From IMG/VR virus record IMGVR_UViG_3300031787_011232, positions 4,768-68,767 of that record: a DNA stretch of 64,000 nucleotides. The stretch is one strand, 5' to 3'. Under the pieces are notes generated by a model. That model was not told the DNA's origin. It did not search any database and was given only the letters and a program-made list of their open reading frames with translations. The DNA is from a virus. Made by a program: the position numbers and the translations under genes. This document shows, one piece after another, positions 1 through 9,167 of this stretch (its first letter is position 1; each line of letters opens with the position of its first letter).

Positions 1-1
1 A

Positions 2-283
2 CCGTATACTAGAATATGCGAACATAAACACTTTGAAAATTCAAATTCGAAAAAAACGGTAATAACTAAAGAATATCCAGATGAATGGAATCCAGGAAAA
101 GAGAAATATTATCCGATAAATAACGAGAGAAACAATTTACTCTACGGAAAATATAAAAAAATGTCTGAGGCTTTATCCGAAAAATATATATTCGGTGGAA
201 GACTAGCCGAATATAAATATTATGATATGCATCAAGTGATTGGAAGTGCAATAAGTAAATTTAATAATTTTAATTCTAAATAG
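2..283 (+). CDS. glf: UDP-galactopyranose mutase, 3' part (truncated by window start)
   Basis: Own translation of frame 2: PYTRICEHKHF...TVITKEYP...YYP...IFGGRLAEYKYYDMHQVIGSA, TAG at 281-283; typical Glf C-terminal motifs. Not in ORF track. Confidence 0.9.
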   Translation, partial: PYTRICEHKHFENSNSKKTVITKEYPDEWNPGKEKYYPINNERNNLLYGKYKKMSEALSEKYIFGGRLAEYKYYDMHQVIGSAISKFNNFNSK

Positions 284-288
284 AACAG

Positions 289-1137
289 ATGATCAGTTTC
301 CAGAATATAGGGTACATGGGAAGACTGGGAAACCAGATGTTCCAGTTTGCATCCACCGTAGGAATAGCAAAAAGAAGGGGATATGATCCAAAGTTCCCCA
401 TTGAAAATTGTTCAATTAGTCATATGGTAGGTCCTATAGATGTAAAAACCGGGTCTGTTACCCCAGTAAAATGTGATCTCTTGGAATGTTTTGATATTCC
501 TCAAGAATATTTTATACCTTCTACAAGAATACAGGTTTATACTCTTTTCAATGAGAGCAGATTCGAGTACGATCCTAACACAGAATTAATATCCGACGGA
601 ACTGCAATAAACGGATATTATCAAACGGAAAGATATTTTTCTAATATAAAAGAAGAAATAAAAAAAATATTTTCTTTCCGAAAAGAAATAATTGAAGAAG
701 GAGATAGGATTTTGGATCAAATGTCGGAAGGAAAAGAATTGGTTTCCATCCACATTAGAAGAGGGGATTACACTCTATATCCAGATCACCACCCTACTTG
801 TGATCCCACATATTACACAAGGTGCCTGGAAGAGATTAAAAAGATAACTAATAGAGATCTAAAAGTAATCGTATTTTCCGACGATAAACAATGGTGTCTA
901 GATAACATGAAAAGTTATATAGGAGAAAATTTTACTATAACTAATAGCGAAAATCCTTATGTTGAATTATATATGATGACTAAGTGTGACTATCACGTTA
1001 TTGCGAATAGTTCTTTTAGCTGGTGGGGGTCTTGGCTTTCAGATAGCAAATTAACAATAGCTCCATCTAGGTGGTTTGGCCCTTTAATTCCTAAAAATAC
1101 TGAAGATGTTTATTGTAAAAATTGGATAAAATTTTAA
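289..1137 (+). CDS. Alpha-1,2-fucosyltransferase, GT11 family
   Basis: GRLGNQMFQ, HIRRGDY, VFSDD, IANSSFSWW motifs. Confidence 0.92.
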   Translation: MISFQNIGYMGRLGNQMFQFASTVGIAKRRGYDPKFPIENCSISHMVGPIDVKTGSVTPVKCDLLECFDIPQEYFIPSTRIQVYTLFNESRFEYDPNTELISDGTAINGYYQTERYFSNIKEEIKKIFSFRKEIIEEGDRILDQMSEGKELVSIHIRRGDYTLYPDHHPTCDPTYYTRCLEEIKKITNRDLKVIVFSDDKQWCLDNMKSYIGENFTITNSENPYVELYMMTKCDYHVIANSSFSWWGSWLSDSKLTIAPSRWFGPLIPKNTEDVYCKNWIKF

Positions 1138-1814
1138 TTTTAGAAATGGAAGGAGGGCTGAACAAAAAGATAGGAGTTATATTTTTTCACGGAAACCTTT
1201 TTAGAATACACGATCCTAAATGGTCAAATAGATGTATAGAAAGCATAAGAAATCAAACCATAAAAGATTTAAATTTTTATGAAATAAATTTCGGGGACGA
1301 CGAACTTAGACTTTTACCGGATTCTAAATTCTTTCACGTACAAAAAAAGAATTATGTAGATGCTATGAATTTTATAATAACAGAAGCATTTAAGGATGGA
1401 TGTGATTATGTTTTTAATACGAATATAGACGATATCTACCACCCTGAAAGAATAGAAAAACAAATAGAATTTTTAAATCAGGGGTATGATTTAGTTTCTT
1501 CGGATTTTTGCTATATAGATTTAGAGGACAAACCTTATAAATACATGAATATAAAATCTTTTGGGGATATTAAAAATAATCTAAACTCTGATCATAATGT
1601 TATATCTCATCCTTCTGTAGCATTTAGAAAAAATTTTTGGTTGGATAAATTGAATAGGTATAATATAAATAATGTGGGGAGGGAAGATTTAGATTTATGG
1701 AAAAGTTCTATTAATAGGGGATATAAGTTTTATATAGTAGACGAAATATTATTAAATTATAGAATACACGGAAATCAAGTGACCACTAATAATACGGTAG
1801 GGCTTAATAGATAA
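1122..1814 (+). CDS. Glycosyltransferase, GT2/GT-A fold (start may be ATG 1146)
   Basis: CIESIRNQT, NIDDIYHPERIEKQ, HPSV, EDLDLW, YRIH. Confidence 0.8.
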   Translation: MDKILILEMEGGLNKKIGVIFFHGNLFRIHDPKWSNRCIESIRNQTIKDLNFYEINFGDDELRLLPDSKFFHVQKKNYVDAMNFIITEAFKDGCDYVFNTNIDDIYHPERIEKQIEFLNQGYDLVSSDFCYIDLEDKPYKYMNIKSFGDIKNNLNSDHNVISHPSVAFRKNFWLDKLNRYNINNVGREDLDLWKSSINRGYKFYIVDEILLNYRIHGNQVTTNNTVGLNR

Positions 1815-2472
1815 TTTTATTTATAAAATTTTTTATATTAATTTCATAATAATCTTCTTTAAAAATTTCGTAGGGATAATCTTCCCTTAAAGGGATTTTA
1901 AAAAAATTTTTTCCTTCAAATTCTATAATTTTTGATTTCATTTTTAAATTTTTCTCAAGTGATTCGACTATTTTTTTAACTTTTATGTTTTTAGGATTAC
2001 CGATATTTATAATTTCCTTATTGCAATTTTCTATGTACTTTAAAACTATAAATTTTACATCATTAATAGAAATAAGATTTCTTTCGAAATTTTTATAAAC
2101 GTTAAATTGTATTCCTTCTTTGATGTTTAAGGTAAAATTGTATAGTAAATTATTTTTATTCCCGCCTCCAATTATTTGCGATACCCTGTATATTATCCAA
2201 CTTTTGCAATTATCTTTAATGATAGTTTCCATTTCAAATTTGTGATTTAAATATTTAGAATTTTTTTTGGAATCGTAGAAATCACAAGTACTAAAATATA
2301 TTATCTTTTTATTAAAATTCTCATATATAGTTTTTAATAAAAGTTTTTTTTCTCTATCAAATTCGGAAAGATTTTCCTCTTTTGAATTGGATACCCCGCT
2401 AGCAAATATTATTATATCTTTTAAATCACTATCTAAAAATGAATTTGCTATGAGGCCATTTCCAATAATCAT
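1804..2472 (-). CDS. Short NAD-dependent epimerase/dehydratase-like protein
   Basis: MIIGNGLIA Rossmann start, FASGVSNS, YFST, YxxxK (YLNHK). Confidence 0.75.
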   Translation of the reverse strand: MIIGNGLIANSFLDSDLKDIIIFASGVSNSKEENLSEFDREKKLLLKTIYENFNKKIIYFSTCDFYDSKKNSKYLNHKFEMETIIKDNCKSWIIYRVSQIIGGGNKNNLLYNFTLNIKEGIQFNVYKNFERNLISINDVKFIVLKYIENCNKEIINIGNPKNIKVKKIVESLEKNLKMKSKIIEFEGKNFFKIPLREDYPYEIFKEDYYEINIKNFINKIIY

Positions 2473-2501
2473 GTAGAGTTATATTTAATAGATATTATAT
2501 A

Positions 2502-2530
2502 GGAACAAAAGGAATATATTTCTATATAAT
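2502..2530 (+). promoter_or_regulatory. Class A promoter candidate, GGAAC-N18-TATAAT
   Basis: Variant of the recurrent GAAAC-N17/18-TATAAT motif, upstream of 2548. Confidence 0.45.
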
Positions 2531-2547
2531 AGAATAAAAATTAAAAC

Positions 2548-3249
2548 ATGGTAGAATTTGAATATAATGATTCTTTTAAAAAAGCCCAGATCTACGAGAT
2601 CCGATCTAATAATAAGTGGCAAGAAAATAATTCTAAGATATTATTGGAAGAATTAAATAAATTTAAAAAAAATAAAGAGATATCTTGGCCTTCCGAAAAA
2701 GAATGGTTAGAGGAATTTTTCAACTCTTCTAAAGAGGAATTTTTAAAATTTAACAACGAGGTAAAATCTAAAAATAATTTAGAAATAGGCCCTGGCCCAT
2801 TTGGATTTTTGCAGTGTTTATATTGGTTAAAAAATAGAATTACAATAGATCCTCTGTTAAATGAATATCGGGATAAACAAATAGAAATACTAGGGGAAAG
2901 TTGGTATACTGGGGAAGAACAAAAATTTTATTCCCAGCCGGCAGAAATCTATATTTCAGAGTTGGTAAATTCTATTGATGGATTTATTGTTTGCAGAAAT
3001 TGCTTGGATCATTGTCAAGATTGGGAAAAAGTTTTAAATAATATTTCTAAATACGCTAAAATAGGATCGTATTTTTTATTATGGACAGATCTTACCCACA
3101 AAAATTCTGACGATGGGCATTTCCATATTACGGACGATATTGATTATTTCAGAAATATAATTAAGGATTTAGGGTATGAAATAATAAGAGAAAAATCGCT
3201 GGAAAGCGGTGAATTGAATTTTGGTTGTTTTGCTAAAAAAATAATTTAA
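2548..3249 (+). CDS. Class I SAM-dependent methyltransferase
   Basis: NLEIGPGPFG motif I, IDPL, CRNCLDH. Confidence 0.7.
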   Translation: MVEFEYNDSFKKAQIYEIRSNNKWQENNSKILLEELNKFKKNKEISWPSEKEWLEEFFNSSKEEFLKFNNEVKSKNNLEIGPGPFGFLQCLYWLKNRITIDPLLNEYRDKQIEILGESWYTGEEQKFYSQPAEIYISELVNSIDGFIVCRNCLDHCQDWEKVLNNISKYAKIGSYFLLWTDLTHKNSDDGHFHITDDIDYFRNIIKDLGYEIIREKSLESGELNFGCFAKKII

Positions 3250-3268
3250 TTAAATAAATAAACAAAAA

Positions 3269-3931
3269 ATGAATATTTTTAATGATTTAATATCAGAAAA
3301 CTCTTTATGCTTTGATGTTGGAGCAAACATAGGTAAAAAAACAGATTTATTTTTAAGCTTGGGGGCAAAAGTGATTTGCATAGAACCTCAAATAAATTGT
3401 ATAGATATCTTATCGGAAAAATTTAGGGATAACGAAAAAATAAAAATTGTAAATATTGCTTTAGGTGAAAAAGAAGACGAATTAGATATTTTTATTTCTC
3501 CCTCGGATACGGTATCTACTATGTCTAGAGATTTTATAGAGGCAACGAGTTTAGAAAGATTTAAAGGAATTATTTGGGATAAAAAAGAAAAGGTTAAGGT
3601 GACCACATTAGACAATATAATTTCCGAATATGGATTACCCCATTACTGTAAAATCGATGTTGAAGGATACGAATTAGAAATTCTAAAAGGTCTTACCAAA
3701 AAAATAAAATTCATAAGTATAGAATTTACCCCGGAGTTAAAAAATAAAACATTTGAATGTATTTCCACCATCGATAAAATAGGGGAATATGAATATAACT
3801 ATTCTGAAGGGGAATCTCATTTATTTGCCTTTGATTCGTGGAAAACCTCCGAAGAAATAATAGATTTTCTTAAAGAAAATAATGATTTCCGAGTATCTTT
3901 TGGTGATCTATACGCCAAATTAATAAAATGA
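3269..3931 (+). CDS. FkbM-family methyltransferase
   Basis: FDVGANIG, IEP, TTLD, KIDVEGYE. Confidence 0.9.
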   Translation: MNIFNDLISENSLCFDVGANIGKKTDLFLSLGAKVICIEPQINCIDILSEKFRDNEKIKIVNIALGEKEDELDIFISPSDTVSTMSRDFIEATSLERFKGIIWDKKEKVKVTTLDNIISEYGLPHYCKIDVEGYELEILKGLTKKIKFISIEFTPELKNKTFECISTIDKIGEYEYNYSEGESHLFAFDSWKTSEEIIDFLKENNDFRVSFGDLYAKLIK

Positions 3932-4623
3932 TATCAATTGCTATCCCAACATATGAAATGAATGGGGTTGGATGTATTTTTTTGAAAAAAAGTTTAGAAC
4001 TAATATCTCTTCAGACTTTTAAAGATTTTGAAGTAGTAATATCCGATCATAGCATTGATGATTCTATTAAAAATATTTGCGAAGAATTTAAAGACTCGTT
4101 AAAAATAATTTACCTAAGAAATGAAGTGAATAGGGGGAGTTCATCTTCGAATATGAATAATGCTATATTAAATTGTAAGGGGGAAATAATTAAATTTCTT
4201 TTTCAAGATGAATACCTATACAAAACTAATTGCTTAGAAGACATCAAAAATTATTTTGATAATAATGGGGAATACTGGTTAATAACCGGATGCTCTTACG
4301 GGGAGAGTCCTGATCAAATTATAGGAAACATGATTCCCCGTTATGAAGATAAAAGTATCATTCAATCTATTAATACTATAGGAAGCCCTAGTGTAGTTTC
4401 AATAAGAAATAGGGATTTAGAATTATTTGGGGACAATTTACTGTGGATTATGGACTGTGATTACTACAAAAGAGTTTTTGATCGTCACGGAGAACCTGGG
4501 GTTTTAGCTGACAATAAAGTATTTATTTGTCAACACAAAAATCAGGTAAGTAATCTGATAGATTCGGGATTAAAAATTAAAGAAGAAAATTATTTAAAGA
4601 ATAAATACCAATATGAATCTTGA
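3928..4623 (+). CDS. Glycosyltransferase, GT2 family
   Basis: ISIAIPTY, QTFKDFEVVISDHS, FQD, GSPS, MDCDYY. Confidence 0.88.
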   Translation: MISIAIPTYEMNGVGCIFLKKSLELISLQTFKDFEVVISDHSIDDSIKNICEEFKDSLKIIYLRNEVNRGSSSSNMNNAILNCKGEIIKFLFQDEYLYKTNCLEDIKNYFDNNGEYWLITGCSYGESPDQIIGNMIPRYEDKSIIQSINTIGSPSVVSIRNRDLELFGDNLLWIMDCDYYKRVFDRHGEPGVLADNKVFICQHKNQVSNLIDSGLKIKEENYLKNKYQYES

Positions 4624-5314
4624 AAAATATATAAATGATCCTATTCCTATCGAAAAAGAATTAAATTATTATTTATCAAAGGAAAAAATAATAATTTTTG
4701 ATGTTGGCTGTTGTGAGGGAGAAGATACCATAAGATATTCTAATCTTTTTCCGGAATCTATTATTTATTCTTTTGAACCCCATCCGGATAATTTTAAAAA
4801 AACTATTTCTAATTTAGAAAAATATAAGATCAAAAATTCTAAAATCTTTAATCTTGCTTTAAGCAATGTAGATTCATCTATAGATTTTTATTTATCTGAA
4901 GGACATCCTTTAGATATACCTATTACTGAAGAATGGGATTATGGAAATAAATCTAGCTCTATTCTTCCGCCGAAAGAGATTCACGAAAAATATGATTGGC
5001 TTAGGCTAAAAAATAAAATAAAAGTAGATTCAATAACAATAGATAAATTTTGCAAAAGAAATAAAATTAAAAATATAGATTTATTGCATTTAGATGTTCA
5101 GGGAGCGGAAATTTTAGTTCTGGAAGGATCTAAAAATATGATAGATAATATTAGTATAATTTGGCTAGAAGCAGAAACCGTTGAATTGTATGATAATCAG
5201 CCATTAAAGAACGATGTTATAGAATTTCTAAATCCCAATTTTGAAAAGGTAAAAGAAATAGATAACTATTTATCTTGTGATATGATGTTTATTAATAAAA
5301 AATTAAAAAAATAA
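4613..5314 (+). CDS. FkbM-family methyltransferase
   Basis: FDVGCCEG, SFEPHP, SSSILPP, HLDVQGAE. Confidence 0.88.
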   Translation: MNLEKYINDPIPIEKELNYYLSKEKIIIFDVGCCEGEDTIRYSNLFPESIIYSFEPHPDNFKKTISNLEKYKIKNSKIFNLALSNVDSSIDFYLSEGHPLDIPITEEWDYGNKSSSILPPKEIHEKYDWLRLKNKIKVDSITIDKFCKRNKIKNIDLLHLDVQGAEILVLEGSKNMIDNISIIWLEAETVELYDNQPLKNDVIEFLNPNFEKVKEIDNYLSCDMMFINKKLKK

Positions 5315-5315
5315 T

Positions 5316-5885
5316 ATGGATGAAATAAATTTAAAATATAATTATTTATGCTCTACTCCTTCCGATATAAATGAGCATTTACCAGTAATAAAAAAATATG
5401 CTGAAATGTGTGAAACTGTAACGGAAATGGGGGTAAGATACGTAGTTTCTACCTGGGCCCTTCTGTCTGCAAAACCTAAATCGATAGTTTGCTATGATAT
5501 TTTAGAAGGGCTAGACATGAACATTTTTAATCATAATATAGGGGAGATATACAAATCCGCTAGTAATATAGGGGTAGATTTTAATTTCATCCATTCAGAC
5601 GTATTAAAAATAGAAATAGAAGAAACGGATTTATTGTTGATAGATACCTACCATGAATATAATCAGATAAAAGAAGAATTAAAATTACACGGAAATAAAT
5701 CTAAAAAATTTTTAATATTCCATGATACGACTACCTACGGGGATTTTGGTGAAACTTTTAAAACCCCTAACACTATCGGAATTTGGCCTGCTATTGAAGA
5801 ATTTTTGAAAGAAAACCCTCATTGGTATATAGAAGAAAGATTAACTAATAATAATGGTCTTACCATATTAAAAAGAAAAAAATGA
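5316..5885 (+). CDS. Class I SAM methyltransferase (Methyltransf_24-like)
   Basis: SDINEHL, TEMGVR, DLLLIDTYH, IFHDT. Confidence 0.75.
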   Translation: MDEINLKYNYLCSTPSDINEHLPVIKKYAEMCETVTEMGVRYVVSTWALLSAKPKSIVCYDILEGLDMNIFNHNIGEIYKSASNIGVDFNFIHSDVLKIEIEETDLLLIDTYHEYNQIKEELKLHGNKSKKFLIFHDTTTYGDFGETFKTPNTIGIWPAIEEFLKENPHWYIEERLTNNNGLTILKRKK

Positions 5886-6652
5886 AATTAGAATTAGAAT
5901 TTTTAAAAAGAATACTTACAGATACGGTTTTTGATGAATCTATTAGAAATGATTTTTTCGAAAATAATAAAATACCTTCATATGAAATTATAGAAGAAAT
6001 AATTAAAAAAAATGTAGATTCTTCTAGACTAGAAGGATTGGATTGGCCGGAAAGAGCCCATACTATGATTGGGATAAAAAGATTAAATAACCTGGAAGAA
6101 TCCCTAGATTATATTAGAAAAAATAATATAAAAGGAGATTTTATAGAAACCGGAGTTTGGAGAGGAGGGGCTTCAATTTTTATTAAATTTTATAATGATT
6201 TGTATAAGATGAATAGAAGAGTTTTCGTTTGTGATTCTTTTGAGGGATTACCGAGACCTGATTTAGAAAAATATCCCCAAGACGCTAATGATACCCATTA
6301 TCAAATAGATTATCTTAAGGTTTCTTTAGAAGAAGTGACTTCCAATTTTGAAAAATATGGGGTTTTAGATAATAATGTTATATTTCTAAAAGGGTGGTTT
6401 TCAGATACACTTAAAGATCAAAGAATAGAGGATTTGAGTCTTCTTAGATTCGATGGAGATATGTATGGTTCTACTATAGACGTATTGGAAAATCTCTATT
6501 TCAAATTAAATAAAAAAGGAGTATTGATAATCGATGACTATTGTTTAGAAAATTGCGTTAAAGCAGTTACGGATTTTAGAAATAGATATAATATATCTGA
6601 TAAAATATCAGTAGTAGATAAATGCGGGGTTTTTTGGTATAAAGAAAATTAA
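5882..6652 (+). CDS. TylF/MycF/NovP-family sugar O-methyltransferase
   Basis: AHTMIG, GDFIETGVWRGG, DSFEGLP, KGWFSDTL, LRFDGDMYGST, IIDDY. Confidence 0.93.
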   Translation: MKLELEFLKRILTDTVFDESIRNDFFENNKIPSYEIIEEIIKKNVDSSRLEGLDWPERAHTMIGIKRLNNLEESLDYIRKNNIKGDFIETGVWRGGASIFIKFYNDLYKMNRRVFVCDSFEGLPRPDLEKYPQDANDTHYQIDYLKVSLEEVTSNFEKYGVLDNNVIFLKGWFSDTLKDQRIEDLSLLRFDGDMYGSTIDVLENLYFKLNKKGVLIIDDYCLENCVKAVTDFRNRYNISDKISVVDKCGVFWYKEN

Positions 6653-6689
6653 AAATTATTAATAGAAAAATTCACTAATCTATTTTTAA

Positions 6690-6717
6690 GAAACTTTTTT
6701 TATTTTTTCCGTATAAT
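6690..6717 (+). promoter_or_regulatory. Class A promoter candidate, GAAAC-N17-TATAAT
   Basis: Recurrent motif; -10-like box 4 nt before ATG 6722. Confidence 0.6.
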
Positions 6718-6721
6718 TTTC

Positions 6722-7438
6722 ATGATTAAAAAATCTATATTGAATGTAATTGCAACAGGAAAATATGAAAAATATATTGACGGAATAGTAAATTCTTCGA
6801 TTAAAAATTTTTTAAGAGAAACTGAATTAAAAATAATTGTATATACTGATTCTAAAAAAATACTAAAATCTAATAATAAAAATATAATACCTATTAAAAT
6901 AGATTATGAGTCTTGGCCATATCCTACTTTAAAAAGATTTCATTATTTTGATTTAGCTTTGGAACACATAGAAAAATCCGATTATTCTTTTTATATAGAT
7001 GTTGACAGTTTTTTTAGAAAAAAAATAGATTTAAAAAAACTAGGACTTTTAGATTTTCCTGGAATTGTAGGAACTATTCATCCTGGTTTTTACGGGTCTT
7101 CAGGAACACCTGAGACTAGGAAAGAATCCACCGCTTATATACCAGAAAATTACAGATTTGTTTATCACTGTGGAGGGTTTTTTGGAGGTAATTCACAAAA
7201 TTTTATTCACCTAGCAAAAACTATTAAAAATAATATAGATCAGGATTTATCAAAAAATATTATTGCTATATGGCACGACGAATCTCATTTAAATAGATAT
7301 TTTTTAGATTATCCTCCTATTAAATCTATGGGTAAAGGATTTTCTTCTCCCGAAGAATTTTTAGGACAAGAAAAATACAAGGATCCTTATATAGTTTTTA
7401 TAGATAAATCCGAGGATTTAAAAAATGATAAAAAATGA
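6722..7438 (+). CDS. GT6 family (ABO-type) alpha-1,3-Gal/GalNAc transferase
   Basis: IATGKY, YIDVD, GTIHPGFYG, STAYIP, GGFFGG, AIWHDESHLNRYF. Confidence 0.92.
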   Translation: MIKKSILNVIATGKYEKYIDGIVNSSIKNFLRETELKIIVYTDSKKILKSNNKNIIPIKIDYESWPYPTLKRFHYFDLALEHIEKSDYSFYIDVDSFFRKKIDLKKLGLLDFPGIVGTIHPGFYGSSGTPETRKESTAYIPENYRFVYHCGGFFGGNSQNFIHLAKTIKNNIDQDLSKNIIAIWHDESHLNRYFLDYPPIKSMGKGFSSPEEFLGQEKYKDPYIVFIDKSEDLKNDKK

Positions 7439-8259
7439 TAAATTTAGAAAGTACGACTTTTATTATTCCTATAAAAATAGAACATAAAGATAGGTATAGA
7501 AATTCAGAAATTGTTTTAAATTTTTTGAATTCTAATTTTTACACTAATGTTTTTATATATGAGACTTCTTCTAGTGGAGAAACAAGATTGGATTTTTTAG
7601 AAAATTTAAATAATTTGAATATAAAGCACTGGTGTATTCCAGAAGAAGATTCGTTTCATCGAACAAAATATTTAAACATCATGTTGGACGAAGTCCAAAC
7701 CCCGGTGGTAGTAAATTATGACATTGATGTAATATTGGATCCCCAAAATTTTCTAGAATGCCAAAATGAAATATTAGAAGGAAAATCTAAGGTAATATAC
7801 CCTTACGAGAATGGAAACGGGCAGATTATGATTTTAGAATCTTTCGATTATAATGGGTTTAAAAATTCAAATTATTCAATGGATTTTATAAATTCTTCCC
7901 CTGAAAGGAGAGAACATAGCGCAGAATGTGGCCATTGTATATTTTTCGATACCCATACTTATAGATTATGGGGAGGGGAAAACGAAGATTTTATATCTTA
8001 TGGCCCAGAAGATAAAGAAAGAATGTACAGATTCCAAAAATTAACAAATTCTGTATCCTGGAGACAAGGGAAAAAGGTTTATCACTTCGAACACTATAGG
8101 GGAAATGATAGCTGGATAAGTAATCCCCATTTTAGAAACAACTGGAAAATTTTTGAAGATATACAAAGAATGGATATTCTTTCTCTTATAAACCATTACA
8201 GGGACACGAGTTATTCTAATAAATATAAAACCCTCTGTAAGAAAGAACAAGTTCAATGA
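7435..8259 (+). CDS. GT7-like / GT2 galactosyltransferase-type glycosyltransferase
   Basis: FHRTKYLN, NYDID, WGGENEDFISYGPEDKE, YHFEH. Confidence 0.7.
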   Translation: MINLESTTFIIPIKIEHKDRYRNSEIVLNFLNSNFYTNVFIYETSSSGETRLDFLENLNNLNIKHWCIPEEDSFHRTKYLNIMLDEVQTPVVVNYDIDVILDPQNFLECQNEILEGKSKVIYPYENGNGQIMILESFDYNGFKNSNYSMDFINSSPERREHSAECGHCIFFDTHTYRLWGGENEDFISYGPEDKERMYRFQKLTNSVSWRQGKKVYHFEHYRGNDSWISNPHFRNNWKIFEDIQRMDILSLINHYRDTSYSNKYKTLCKKEQVQ

Positions 8260-9167
8260 GTATTTTAATAACTGGAGGATCTGGTCTTGTTGGATCGCAA
8301 TTCAAATCCGAAAATTACAAAAGGATTTCTTCAAAGGATTTAAATCTGCTAGACCAAAAATCCATTAAAGATTATTTAGAATCGAATAAAGAAATAGATT
8401 CTATAATCCATTGTGCGGCAAGGGTTGGAGGGGTAAAAGCAAACATGGAATATCCAGCAGAATTTACTTATGAGAATCTAAAGATGAATACGGGAATTAT
8501 AGAAGAAGCTAAAAATGCAGGGATTAAAAATTTAGTTTGTTTTTCTTCTACCTGTGTTTTCCCAGATAAAGTCGAGTATCCATTAAGCCCAGATAAAATA
8601 CATCTAGGTCCTCCTCACCCGTCCAACTACGGGTATGCGTATGCGAAGAGAATGGCGGATACCCAGATCCAATCTTATAGAGAACAATATGGGCTAAATT
8701 ATTTTACGGTTATACCCTGTAATATTTACGGGCCAAATGATAACTACCACTTAGAAGATGCTCATGTCGTTCCTTCTCTTATACATAAATTTTATTTAGC
8801 AAAAAAGAATGGACAAGACGTTACTATATGGGGAAGCGGATCCCCTTTAAGGGAATTTATTTACTCCGAGGATGTAGCTAATCTAGTAGAAATACTTCTA
8901 GAAACTTATAAGGACGCGTCTCCTGTGATACTATCAACTTCTAATGAAATCTCTATTAAGGACCTAGTTTATCTAATAGCGGACATATACGGGCATAAAG
9001 GTAAGATTATATGGGATACTTCTAAACCGGAAGGACAATATAGGAAACCAAGTGACAATTCGGTAATAAAAGAATTAGCACCTAATTTTAAATTTACTCC
9101 TATAGAGGAAGGTTTAAGAAAATCTATAGAATGGTTTATCGAAAACTATGACAACTCAAGGAAATAA
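8256..9167 (+). CDS. fcl: GDP-L-fucose synthase
   Basis: ITGGSGLVG, AARVGG, SSTCVFP, YGYAYAKR, PCNIYGPNDN, WGSGSPLREF. Confidence 0.95.
   Translation: MSILITGGSGLVGSQFKSENYKRISSKDLNLLDQKSIKDYLESNKEIDSIIHCAARVGGVKANMEYPAEFTYENLKMNTGIIEEAKNAGIKNLVCFSSTCVFPDKVEYPLSPDKIHLGPPHPSNYGYAYAKRMADTQIQSYREQYGLNYFTVIPCNIYGPNDNYHLEDAHVVPSLIHKFYLAKKNGQDVTIWGSGSPLREFIYSEDVANLVEILLETYKDASPVILSTSNEISIKDLVYLIADIYGHKGKIIWDTSKPEGQYRKPSDNSVIKELAPNFKFTPIEEGLRKSIEWFIENYDNSRK

Noticed and set aside
66-251. Minus-strand 61-aa ORF
   Set aside because: Shadow of the glf 3' end on the plus strand
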